This document shows, one piece after another, positions 9,709 through 19,033 of a stretch of 64,000 nucleotides of DNA. The position numbers and the translations under genes were made by a program. Under the pieces are notes generated by a model. That model did not search any database. It was not told where the DNA came from and saw nothing but the letters and a program-made list of their open reading frames with translations. How positions within the stretch are numbered: the first letter of the stretch is position 1; every line of letters begins with the position of its first letter. The stretch is from an uncultured Candidatus Binatia bacterium (GTDB taxonomy: Bacteria; Desulfobacterota; Binatia; UBA9968; JAJDTQ01): positions 1,056,001 through 1,120,000 of the forward strand of contig OZ251459.1 of assembly GCA_965242525.1 (NCBI GenBank). Reading direction: 5' to 3'.

Positions 9709-11808
9709 ATGCCTCCCTCCCCGGATGTTCGGCCCCGACGCCTGCCCCTGCTGTTGCTGCTGATCGCGCTGTCCACGTCGTTCCTGTACGTGGTGGACAA
9801 GGGACACTTCTACCGTCCCGGCCACCATGCCCAGGTTTCCGCGAAGAACCTGGCCATCGCCGAGAACTTGTCCCCCGACCACGGTTTCCGGTTGTTCCGG
9901 GCGCGGCACCCGGGATCGGACGGCGCCCCCGCGTACCAGACGTACAGCCGCTTTCCCGTCGGCGGGTACGCACTCATCAAACTCGCCATCCTCCCCTTCG
10001 GAAACGACCTCTCCGCAAAGATCCTCTCCGCACGAATCCTCATGCTCCTCCTGTTCAGCGCCGCCGCCCTCCTGGCTTTCCACTCCCTCGCACGTATCAC
10101 CTCCCGCCCCTGGATCGCACTGGCCGCCACCCTCATGGCCTTCTCCTCCTACTACATGCTGTTCTACGGCGACGCGGTCACCACCGAGGGCAGCGTGGAC
10201 CTGTTCGCGGTCATGCTGGCCTTCCACGGCATGACCGTATTCGTCCAGGAGGGACGCTTCCCCCAGTTGCTTGCCAAGACCGGCGTCGCGCTGCTGCTGG
10301 GCTGGCACGTGTACGCTTTCCTGCTTCCCTTCATCCTCCTGGGCTTGGCTTGGCAAGCCCTTCGGGCATGGAAGCACGGAACTGCGCCTTGGCCCCGGCT
10401 GCGCTTCACCGCAGTGACGGTGCTGCGCAGCCGCTACACCGCCCTGGGCTTGGCCGCGCTGCTCTTCGGCGCGGCCCTCCTCACCTTCAACTTCGCCAAC
10501 GAGTACGCGGCTTTCGGAGGCGAGACCCCGGTGACCGAACTGCCATCGTTCCAGTCCATGCTCGGGCACACCGGACTGGATCGGGACTTCGTTCCGGTGG
10601 GTTGGTCCCCCGTGGGTTGGTGGCTGCGCTTCCTGCGCCAGCAGTTCTTTCGCGTCTGCGTGGCCTCCGTTCCCTTCCTGCTCACCGACCGGGCAGCCGA
10701 CATGGCGGGGTGGTTTCTCCACCTTTCCCCTTTGGCCCCGGGTTTCCTGGGCCCCGGGATGTCGGGGCTGACGTTGTCGATTTACCTCCTGGCGTTGCTG
10801 ACGGTCGTGGGAGCGGCCGCAGCCCTCGCTCGGTTTGCGGGGCCGATGCTGCAAGGGCGGCAACGCCTCCTGCTGGCCGCCCTTGCCCTGTCCGGGTTCT
10901 GCTGGGCCCTGCCCATGCGCAACGCTTCCGTAGACCACAACCACGAGGCATTGTTCTACGTGGGCGTCCCGCTGGTGCTCTACTCGCTGCTCCTGCTGTA
11001 CGTCCGCGAACGATGGGGGGCTCGTCCGGTAGCCGCCTTTGCCGCCGCGGCCCTGCTCGCCTTCGTGGCCTCCGCCTTCCGGATGGATCAACGATGGGGC
11101 CTCGACGCCCATGCGGCCGAGACCCAACGGACCGCCATGGCCGAACTCGGGGCCATCCGCGAAACCACCCGGGGCAAGGCGGTCCTGGTCCTCGACCCCA
11201 TGAATCCGGAATGGCCCACGCAGGTCACATGGGCGCACTACTATCTGGCGGGAAGCGTCCTGGTACGCATCTTCGACATGGAAGCCGCCGCCCGCGCCGC
11301 GGACTTCATCGTCACCCCCGACCGCGTGGAGAGCGACGCCCTGCTCACACCCCGGAACCAACAGGTGTTCCTGCATGATTCGTCGGGTATCGAGGACTTC
11401 GTCGAGTGGTACCGGGCCGCCTACCAAAGGGCAGTGTCCGCCGGAGACCCTGCGGCGCGCTCCCGCTTCGATGTCTATCTCGATGACGACACCCTGACCT
11501 TCGTCAGGGAGCCCTGCGTCCGGGAGGAGCTGGTAGCGGGACGGATACCGGGATGGAGACCGAGGGGGATCTTCGTGGACGTGACCCTGGAAGACCCGAA
11601 GGACCTGCCCCGACGATACAAACGGTACGGCTCGGACGATCCCGTCTTCCCGCTCATCACTTACCCCGTGCTGTTCGAAGGGAAGTGCGTCGCCATCGTT
11701 CCACTCCCCGGTTATCCTGTCTCCCGCATCAGGATGAGACAGAACCGAAGCCGATACCGACGCCCATGGTCAGTAGAGATGGACCTCCGGACGAACCGGT
11801 TCCGCTGA
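9709..11808 (+). CDS. Polytopic membrane protein, GT-C (ArnT/PMT-like) glycosyltransferase-like, with a C-terminal soluble domain; copy 1
   Basis: About 11-13 hydrophobic segments, YSRFPVGGY loop, C-terminal RSRFDVYLD..EPC..GKCVA..LPGY domain; near-identical to 31491-33557. Confidence 0.6.
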   Translation: MPPSPDVRPRRLPLLLLLIALSTSFLYVVDKGHFYRPGHHAQVSAKNLAIAENLSPDHGFRLFRARHPGSDGAPAYQTYSRFPVGGYALIKLAILPFGNDLSAKILSARILMLLLFSAAALLAFHSLARITSRPWIALAATLMAFSSYYMLFYGDAVTTEGSVDLFAVMLAFHGMTVFVQEGRFPQLLAKTGVALLLGWHVYAFLLPFILLGLAWQALRAWKHGTAPWPRLRFTAVTVLRSRYTALGLAALLFGAALLTFNFANEYAAFGGETPVTELPSFQSMLGHTGLDRDFVPVGWSPVGWWLRFLRQQFFRVCVASVPFLLTDRAADMAGWFLHLSPLAPGFLGPGMSGLTLSIYLLALLTVVGAAAALARFAGPMLQGRQRLLLAALALSGFCWALPMRNASVDHNHEALFYVGVPLVLYSLLLLYVRERWGARPVAAFAAAALLAFVASAFRMDQRWGLDAHAAETQRTAMAELGAIRETTRGKAVLVLDPMNPEWPTQVTWAHYYLAGSVLVRIFDMEAAARAADFIVTPDRVESDALLTPRNQQVFLHDSSGIEDFVEWYRAAYQRAVSAGDPAARSRFDVYLDDDTLTFVREPCVREELVAGRIPGWRPRGIFVDVTLEDPKDLPRRYKRYGSDDPVFPLITYPVLFEGKCVAIVPLPGYPVSRIRMRQNRSRYRRPWSVEMDLRTNRFR

Positions 11809-11952
11809 CCCTTTCGGACCGCATCGGCATACCTGCATTGGACAATCCCCTTCCTTGCATTGGAGGATGCATGGGGATAAGATGCTTCGCATTCGCGGCA
11901 TTGCGCCGCACCGGACCTCGACCTCGGCCCTCAACCTCGGACGGAGTTTCCC

Positions 11953-12216
11953 ATGGGTGACAGACTCTATGTAAGCGGACTGCCCTACGCCGTAACGGAA
12001 GAGCAGTTGAACGACCTCTTTGCCGAGCACGGGACCGTGGCGTCGGCCAGGATCGTCACCGATCGGTTCACGGGCCGTTCCCGCGGCTTCGGGTTCGTCG
12101 AGATGGGCTCCGACGCGGAAGCCCAGGCGGCCATGGAAGCCTTGAACGGAAGCGAGCTCCAGGGGCGCGTGCTCAAGGTCAACGAGGCCCACGAACGGCG
12201 GACCCGGGACACCTGA
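11953..12216 (+). CDS. RRM RNA-binding protein
   Basis: RNP2 LYVSGL and RNP1 RGFGFVEM. Confidence 0.93.
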   Translation: MGDRLYVSGLPYAVTEEQLNDLFAEHGTVASARIVTDRFTGRSRGFGFVEMGSDAEAQAAMEALNGSELQGRVLKVNEAHERRTRDT

Positions 12217-12323
12217 CGCGCCGCCGCGTCCGCGGGTCCGGCAGTCTCGCGCGGCCGACCGCGCCGTTCCCCCGCATCGCTCCCGCTTCCCGCGCCGCCT
12301 TCCGTCCCGACCCGGAGTCGGCA

Positions 12324-13694
12324 ATGAACGCACCGGCCATCACCTTCGCCGACTGCGCCATCCTTCCCATGACGAGCCCCGGCGCCGTCATCGAGTCCGG
12401 CTACGTGACCGCGGTGGACGGCGCCATCACCGCGGTGCAGGCGGGCGAGGCGCCGGCCGGGGAAGGGGACACGGTCATCGACGGGCGGGGGAAGGTCCTG
12501 CTGCCCGGCTTGGTCAACGCCCATACCCATCTCTACCAGGTGCTGTTGCGGGCGGTGTGGGAGGACCTGCCGCTGCTGGCGTGGTTGCGGCGCATCTACG
12601 GGGTGGCGGAGGCGTTGAACCCGGAGCACGTGCGCGCCGGCACGCTGCTGGGGTGCCTGGAGTCGCTGAAAGGCGGCGTCACCACCGTGTGCGAGCACAA
12701 CTTCCTCAACCCGGGTCCCGAATGCGCCGAGGCCGCGGTGGACGCCCTCTCGGAATCGGGCCTGCGAGGCGTGTTCGCCCGCACCGTCATGGACACCGGG
12801 GAGATGGTGCCGGACTGCACCCGGGAGACCCCGGACACGGCGTTCGCGCGCATCGAGGAGTTGATGGCGCGCCACCGGAAGAACGGCGCGCCGGACGCCA
12901 GCCGCCGGCTCACGTTCCGCACCGGACCCAACACCCCGCCCATCACCACATCCCCGGACCTCCTCCGGGAGATACGGCGGTTCGCGGACCACCATTCCAT
13001 GGGCATCAGCGCCCACGTGGCGGAGTCCGCGTCGGTGGTGGAGGCCACCCGGAGGGAGTTCGGACGGGCGGGGGTGGTGGCCCACCTGAAGGACTTCGAC
13101 ATACCCGGAGAGGACTCGATATTCGCCCACTGCGTGCACCTGTCGCCCGAAGAGATCCGGCACTTGGCGGACACCGGGACGGCGGTGTCGCACAACCCGG
13201 TGAGCAACATGATGCTGGGCGACGGCATCGCCGCGGTGGTGGAGATGCTGGCCGCGGGAGTCCGGGTCGCGCTGGGCTCGGACGGGGCCGCGAGCAACCA
13301 CGGCCAGGACCTGTTCGAGACCATGAAGACCGCGTCGCTGCTGCAGAAGGTGAAGCACCTGGACGCGGGCGTCATCGACCCCTGGACCGTGCTCCGCATG
13401 GCCACAGTGGACGGCGCCCACGCCCTGGGACTGGCCTCGGTCTGCGGCACCGTGGAGGTGGGCAAGCGCGCGGACCTGATCCTGGTGGACGTACGGAAGC
13501 CCCACTTCCAGCCCGTCAACGACCTGGTGAGCCAACTGGTCCACTGCGCCAAGGCCGCGGACGTGGACACGGTGGTGGCGGACGGGCGGGTGCTCATGCG
13601 CGGCCGCGAGTGCGCCTTCATGGACGAGGACGAAGTCCTGCGGCGCGCCGAGGCGGCCCGACGGGACCTCATGCAGCGCCTGTCCGCGGCGTGA
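12324..13694 (+). CDS. Amidohydrolase, MtaD/AtzA-like deaminase family
   Basis: Motifs PGLVNAHTH, HVAES, AHCVH, HNPVSN, LGSDG. Confidence 0.85.
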   Translation: MNAPAITFADCAILPMTSPGAVIESGYVTAVDGAITAVQAGEAPAGEGDTVIDGRGKVLLPGLVNAHTHLYQVLLRAVWEDLPLLAWLRRIYGVAEALNPEHVRAGTLLGCLESLKGGVTTVCEHNFLNPGPECAEAAVDALSESGLRGVFARTVMDTGEMVPDCTRETPDTAFARIEELMARHRKNGAPDASRRLTFRTGPNTPPITTSPDLLREIRRFADHHSMGISAHVAESASVVEATRREFGRAGVVAHLKDFDIPGEDSIFAHCVHLSPEEIRHLADTGTAVSHNPVSNMMLGDGIAAVVEMLAAGVRVALGSDGAASNHGQDLFETMKTASLLQKVKHLDAGVIDPWTVLRMATVDGAHALGLASVCGTVEVGKRADLILVDVRKPHFQPVNDLVSQLVHCAKAADVDTVVADGRVLMRGRECAFMDEDEVLRRAEAARRDLMQRLSAA

Positions 13695-13731
13695 CCGACG
13701 CGGGCAGCCCGACGGCGGTCCGGGACGAGGG

Positions 13732-13953
13732 TCAGTTCCGGTGCCGGTAGGTAATCCGGCCCCGGTTCAGGTCGTAGGGAGACAACTCGAGGGTAACCCG
13801 GTCTCCGGGCAGGATCTTGATGTAGAACTTTCGCATCTTCCCCGCGGTGTAGGCGAGGATGTTGTGCTTGTTGTCCAACTCCACCTTGAACATGGCGTTG
13901 GGAAGACTCTCCCTTACCGTGCCGGTGACTTCTATGTTGTCCTGTTTGCTCAT
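13732..13953 (-). CDS. infA: Translation initiation factor IF-1
   Basis: [10 protein letters not shown]...[30 protein letters not shown]. Confidence 0.97.
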   Translation of the reverse strand: MSKQDNIEVTGTVRESLPNAMFKVELDNKHNILAYTAGKMRKFYIKILPGDRVTLELSPYDLNRGRITYRHRN

Positions 13954-14190
13954 GGGGCGTGCTGCTGGCGCATGACCTCCTGTCTGGATCCCTGATGGCT
14001 CCGTTCCATGACGCCATAGATAGCCCAAGCGAGGCCGTTTGTCCATCCCCGTCCGACCCCGCTGCGGGACCGCGGCTCCGGCGTCCCCCGACCGCCGGGA
14101 CCCGGACCGTTGCAATCCGGGCGGCCGCATGGAAGACTACGCCGTGCCGTATGGGTCTCCAAGACGGACTCCGACGCGGGTGAGGTTCGA

Positions 14191-14565
14191 TTGAGCGCAG
14201 ATCGGTTGTTCCTGCTGCTGGGCTCCCTGTCCGGGTTCACCGGGGTGGCGTTGGGGGCGTTTGCCGCCCACGGTCTTCGGGGAAGACTGGCCGAGGACAT
14301 GCTGGAGGTCTTCCAGGTGGGCGTCCGCTACCAGTCGTACCACGCGCTGGCGCTGCTCTTCCTGGGCCTCGCCCTGGCCCGGTGGCCTCGCGCGGAGTTC
14401 TCCGCGGCAGGGTGGTTGTTCGTGTTCGGGACGGTGGTGTTCTCGGGCAGCCTCTACGCGTTGAGCCTTTCGGGGGCGCGGTGGCTGGGGGCCGTCACGC
14501 CCATCGGCGGGCTGGCGTTCCTCCTCGGTTGGCTCGCCGTCGCCTGGGGCGCCTGGAAGGGTTAG
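14191..14565 (+). CDS. DUF423 (YgdD/TMEM256) membrane protein
   Basis: Motifs LGAFAAHGL, GVRYQ.YHALAL, FSGSLY, GAVTPIGG. Confidence 0.88.
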   Translation: MSADRLFLLLGSLSGFTGVALGAFAAHGLRGRLAEDMLEVFQVGVRYQSYHALALLFLGLALARWPRAEFSAAGWLFVFGTVVFSGSLYALSLSGARWLGAVTPIGGLAFLLGWLAVAWGAWKG

Positions 14566-14652
14566 CCGCGCCCGCGCCGCGGCGTTTCCCGTGCGTCGGA
14601 ACGGACCCCCGCCGACCCGGACAGGATCCCGGGCGGCCGGACGGGAGGGAAC

Positions 14653-15789
14653 ATGGCCAGGAACGGGTTTCGGATCCTCGACAGCGACATGCACATCATG
14701 GAGCCGCCGGACCTCTGGGAACGGTACCTGGAGCCGGAGTTCCGGTCCCTGGCGCCCCGGGGGGCCACCAGCGAGAATGTGCGCGACCTGCGCATGAAGC
14801 ATCCCGACGGAAGGCTCTGGGGGTTGCCCCCGGTCCATGCCGGCAACGTCACCCAGGGCCGCAACTTCCACAGGAACCAGGGAATCTACGGCAGCCACGC
14901 GGCCCGCGGCTGGGCCCCGGAAGTGCAGCTCGAAGCCATGGACACGGAGGGCATCGACGTGGCCGTGCTCTATCCCACCCGGGGGCTCCAGGCCCTGAGC
15001 GAGGGAGACATGGAGCCGCGTTTCGCCGGGGCGTTGGCGCGGGCCTACAACAACTGGCTCCACGACTTCTGCCGGGCCGACCCGGACCGCTTGCTGGGGG
15101 CCGGCATGGTTTCGCCCTTCGACGTGGACGAGGCCGTGGCCGAGGTCGAAAGGTGCGCCCGGGAGCTCGGCTTCCGCGGCGTCTTCCTGAGGTCGAACCC
15201 GGTCAACGGCCGCAACTTCCACGACGACTACTACGACCCCCTGTGGAGCGCGCTGGAAGAGCTCGGGATGCCCCTGGGGCTCCACGAGTCCTCGTCTTCC
15301 GGCGTGCCCCAGGTGGGCGACCGGTTCGAGCCCAACTTCATGCTGCGGCGAGTCTTCGCGCAGCCCGTGGAGCAGATGCTGGCCCTGGGCAGCATCTGCG
15401 CAGGGGGCGTGCTGGCCCGTCATCCCCGCCTGCGGGTGGCGTTCCTGGAGGCCAACTGCGGGTGGCTGCCGTGGCTCCTGTGGCGCATGGACGAAGCGTA
15501 CGAAAGGGAAGCCGACGTCTGGTCTCCGGACCTGGCCATGCCGCCCAGCGAATACTTCAAGCGGCAGTGCTTCGTCTCGGTGGAGCCGGACGAGGGTCCG
15601 GTCAAGTACGTCATCGACTACCTGGGGAACGAACGCATGGTCTTCTCCACCGACTACCCGCACGGCGACTCCAAGTTCCCCCACGCGGTGGAGAGCTTCC
15701 TGGAGCTCGACGCCATCAGCGAGGAAGACAAGCACAGGATCCTGTGGGACAACTGCGCCGCCTACTATTCGCTCCACCGGGACCCATGA
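14653..15789 (+). CDS. Amidohydrolase (Amidohydro_2 family)
   Basis: Motifs DSDMHIMEP, AYNNWL, YDPLW, FLEAN.GW, FSTDYPH.D. Confidence 0.88.
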   Translation: MARNGFRILDSDMHIMEPPDLWERYLEPEFRSLAPRGATSENVRDLRMKHPDGRLWGLPPVHAGNVTQGRNFHRNQGIYGSHAARGWAPEVQLEAMDTEGIDVAVLYPTRGLQALSEGDMEPRFAGALARAYNNWLHDFCRADPDRLLGAGMVSPFDVDEAVAEVERCARELGFRGVFLRSNPVNGRNFHDDYYDPLWSALEELGMPLGLHESSSSGVPQVGDRFEPNFMLRRVFAQPVEQMLALGSICAGGVLARHPRLRVAFLEANCGWLPWLLWRMDEAYEREADVWSPDLAMPPSEYFKRQCFVSVEPDEGPVKYVIDYLGNERMVFSTDYPHGDSKFPHAVESFLELDAISEEDKHRILWDNCAAYYSLHRDP

Positions 15790-16943
15790 CCCGCCCGCCC
15801 CGGGGGGCGCTGTTCGCCAGCTCCCTGCTGTGGAACCTGTGCAACGGCATGTTGTTCGTGCTGACGCCGCTCATCGGCGTCACGCTGGGGCTGTCCGTGC
15901 TGGACATCGGCTCCCTGGTGGGCCTGCCCTACCTGGTGACCATCGTCATGCGGTTCGTGGGCGGCGCCCTGGCCGACCGCTACGGCGAGCACCGGATGCT
16001 CCAGGCGTGTTATTCCCTCAACCTCCTGGCCGCGGCGGCCCTCTCCCTGGCCGGCGGTTTCTACTCCCTCATGCTGTCCAGCTTCCTGGCCAACCTCTCC
16101 CGCAGCATGTTTTGGGTCCCCGCCCAGTCCATGGCCAGCCAGCTCTTCGCCCGGAACCCCGGAAAGATGCTCGGGCAGCTCTCCGCGGCCAACTACACGG
16201 GCCAGGTGCTGGGACTCTCCATGGGCGGGGTGCTGGCGGGTTGGCTGGGGTACGGACACACTTTCGCGGTGGTCGTGCTGGGCGCCGTGGTCGGCGTGCT
16301 GCTCGGGTTCGCGCTTCCGCCCGGCCGGCGGAAGCCAGGCGACCGCACCGTGTGGCAGATCACCGCGGGCATGGGCCGGCGGCTGCTGCAGAGACGGACT
16401 TGGCTGCTCATCTCCACCTCCTGCGCCGCGGCCGTGCCCTTCGGCATCACCCAGTCCGTCTATCCCGTGTACCTGAGCGGCCTGGACTTCTCCGAGGGAT
16501 GGATCAGCGTCGTCGTCTCGCTGCGTTCCGTCGGTCCGGTGGTCATCGGGCTCGCCCTGGGATCCATGATCGCCATCGAGCGGGAGAAGCTCTTCTACGC
16601 CCTCGGCATGGGGGGGCTCGGCGTGTGCATCCTCGGCAGCGCGTGGACCGGGGGATGGCCGGTGGGCCTGTGCATCGCCGGCCTGGGGATGGCCGGAGCG
16701 GTGGCGGACCTGCTCAACCAGGTCCAGGCGGTGGACCTCAGTCGAGCCAGCGACCGGTCCGCGGTGATGGCCAGCACCGGACTGGGCTGGAACATGTCGC
16801 CCATGGCCCTTCCCCTGGCCCTGGGCTGGGCCGCGGAGACATGGGGCTTCGGGACCATGTTCGCGGCCACCGGCGGTTTCTTCCTGCTCGTGGCCCTGGG
16901 GACTCCGCTGGTCTATCGGACCCTGGACGCGAGGGCCTATTGA
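15786..16943 (+). CDS. MFS transporter
   Basis: About 12 TM segments and motif A GALADRYG; ATGA overlap with the upstream gene. Confidence 0.85.
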   Translation: MTRPPRGALFASSLLWNLCNGMLFVLTPLIGVTLGLSVLDIGSLVGLPYLVTIVMRFVGGALADRYGEHRMLQACYSLNLLAAAALSLAGGFYSLMLSSFLANLSRSMFWVPAQSMASQLFARNPGKMLGQLSAANYTGQVLGLSMGGVLAGWLGYGHTFAVVVLGAVVGVLLGFALPPGRRKPGDRTVWQITAGMGRRLLQRRTWLLISTSCAAAVPFGITQSVYPVYLSGLDFSEGWISVVVSLRSVGPVVIGLALGSMIAIEREKLFYALGMGGLGVCILGSAWTGGWPVGLCIAGLGMAGAVADLLNQVQAVDLSRASDRSAVMASTGLGWNMSPMALPLALGWAAETWGFGTMFAATGGFFLLVALGTPLVYRTLDARAY

Positions 16944-17020
16944 CAGGCGCACCGTGGGCCAATATAAACGCTCCTTTCGCCGGACCCGTCCCAGGGTCGA
17001 GCGGAAGGATGGAGGAAAGC

Positions 17021-17320
17021 ATGAACGAGAAGCTGTACGTGGGCGGTTTGCCGTATTCGACAACGGAAGATCAGCTCCAGGATATCTTCGCCGCCCACGG
17101 AACGGTGGTTTCCGCCAGGGTGATCACCGACAAGTTCACCGGCCGCTCCAGAGGGTTCGGTTTCGTCGAAATGGGTTCCGGGGAAGAGGCGCAACGGGCC
17201 ATCGACGCCCTGCACGACTCGGACCTCGGAGGCCGCAAGCTCACCGTCAGCGAGGCGCGTCCCCAGGAACGCCGCGGGGGGTTTGGGGAAAGCCGCGGCG
17301 GGGGCAGGAACCGCTGGTAG
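17021..17320 (+). CDS. RRM RNA-binding protein with Gly-rich tail
   Basis: LYVGGL and RGFGFVEM motifs; GGAGG RBS upstream. Confidence 0.93.
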   Translation: MNEKLYVGGLPYSTTEDQLQDIFAAHGTVVSARVITDKFTGRSRGFGFVEMGSGEEAQRAIDALHDSDLGGRKLTVSEARPQERRGGFGESRGGGRNRW

Positions 17321-17332
17321 CCGGCCTCCCGG

Positions 17333-18016
17333 TCAGCGCGGCGCGGTCCGCTCCTCCAGGGTCCCGTCGGACTTCCCGATGATGATCCGGGTGGCGAGCC
17401 GGGTGAAGAGGCCGCACTCCACCACGCCGCAGGCGCCGACGATCTCGCGCTCCAGCCCGGGGGGGTCGGCGATCTCTCCGAACGAGCAGTCCACGATGTA
17501 GTTGCCGTTGTCGGTCACGAACGGCCCCTGGTCGGTGGAACGGAACCGGGCGTCGCACCCGAGCGCCTGCAGGCGCCGCTGCGTGAGCTGCCAGCCGAAG
17601 GGAACCACCTCCACCGGGAGGGGAAACGCCCCCAGGCGCTCCTTGAGCTTGCCTTCATCGACGACGATCACCTCGGCTTCGCTGGCCGACGCAACGAGCT
17701 TCTCGCGCAACAGCGCGCCGCCGCCGCCCTTGACGAGGTTGAAGGCGGGATCCACTTCGTCGGCCCCGTCGATGGTCACGTCCACGCGCAGCACTTCGGC
17801 GAAGCCGGTCAACGGGATGCCCAGTTCCCGCGCCAGGGCGGCCGAGCGCTCCGAGGTGGGGATGCAGCGAACGCGGAGGCCTTCCTCGCGGATCCTCTCC
17901 GCCAGCCTGGCGATGGCGAAACAGGCGGTGGACCCCGTGCCGAGTCCCACGATCATGTCATGGGCCACACGGTCCGCGGCGCACTCACCCGCGATCTTCT
18001 TCGGGTTCGGAGCCAT
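17333..18016 (-). CDS. rpiA: Ribose-5-phosphate isomerase A
   Basis: Motifs GLGTGST, DGADEVD, KGGGGALLREK, TDNGNYIVD. Confidence 0.96.
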   Translation of the reverse strand: MAPNPKKIAGECAADRVAHDMIVGLGTGSTACFAIARLAERIREEGLRVRCIPTSERSAALARELGIPLTGFAEVLRVDVTIDGADEVDPAFNLVKGGGGALLREKLVASASEAEVIVVDEGKLKERLGAFPLPVEVVPFGWQLTQRRLQALGCDARFRSTDQGPFVTDNGNYIVDCSFGEIADPPGLEREIVGACGVVECGLFTRLATRIIIGKSDGTLEERTAPR

Positions 18017-18192
18017 GTTTTCCTCCCGGTCCCGGGTACGGGTCCGCGGCAATTGTAGCGCACCCGCCCGTCTCGATAAACCGGCGTGGGTTCGTGACCG
18101 CCCGTCCCGTGCGCATGGCCGGTAAGCGGCCGCCACCGCCGCGGCGGGACCCCGGCGCTTGCAAGGGCGCCCGGCTGCGGTTAACCTTACGC

Positions 18193-19008
18193 ATGTCCTT
18201 GGCCCGTGCGATCCGGACGACGGCCGGCGCGCTCCTGGCCGCGGCGCTGGCCGCCTGCGGACCCTTGAGCGTGCAGGAGGAACGGGAGCTTGGCGCGGAC
18301 TTCTCGCGCAACTTCGAGCGCCGGGCCGACCTGGTCCGGGACCCCGCGGTCACCCGGTACGTAGCGGCCATCGGCAAGAGGCTGCTGATACCCCTGGGGC
18401 CGCAACCGTTCGCCTACGCCTTCCACGTGGTGGCGAAACCGGAGGTAAACGCCTTCGCCGCTCCCGCGGGCCGCATCTACCTGTACACAGGCACGATACT
18501 CGCGGCCCGGAACGTCAGCGAGCTGGCCGGGGTCATCGCCCACGAGATCGGACACGTGGCCCAACGCCACATCGCCGAGAACTTCAACCGCGCCATCGCC
18601 ACCAACATCCTGCACGGCGTCGGCGTAGCGGCCGCCCAGGCCGCGGGCGGACCCGACGCGGCCAGGGCCGCGCGCGACCTGGGCGGGCTGGCCGCCATGG
18701 GCTACCTCAACACCTTCAGCCGGGAAGCCGAGCACGAAGCCGACGCGTTCGCCGTACGCCTGCTGTTCCGGGCCGGTTACGACCCCCGGGGACTGGCGAC
18801 TTTCTTCGAGACCCTGAAGAGGAAGAAAGGGGACCGGCCCGGGCCGGACTTCCTCTCGAGCCATCCGGCCACCTCCGACCGCATCGCCAACGCCCGGGAG
18901 ATGATCCGGCGCCTGCCCGGACAGACGCGCCTGCAAGTCCGGGACCACGGAGAGTTGGAGCGGGTCCAGGGCATACTCGGTCGGGTCGGCAGCCGGCGCC
19001 GACGGTAG
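18193..19008 (+). CDS. M48 family metalloprotease, lipoprotein
   Basis: Lipobox LAAC; motifs NAFAAPAG, HEIGH, FSREAEHEAD, LSSHP. Confidence 0.88.
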   Translation: MSLARAIRTTAGALLAAALAACGPLSVQEERELGADFSRNFERRADLVRDPAVTRYVAAIGKRLLIPLGPQPFAYAFHVVAKPEVNAFAAPAGRIYLYTGTILAARNVSELAGVIAHEIGHVAQRHIAENFNRAIATNILHGVGVAAAQAAGGPDAARAARDLGGLAAMGYLNTFSREAEHEADAFAVRLLFRAGYDPRGLATFFETLKRKKGDRPGPDFLSSHPATSDRIANAREMIRRLPGQTRLQVRDHGELERVQGILGRVGSRRRR

Positions 19009-19033
19009 CCGCGGACGCGGGACCTTGGGAAAC

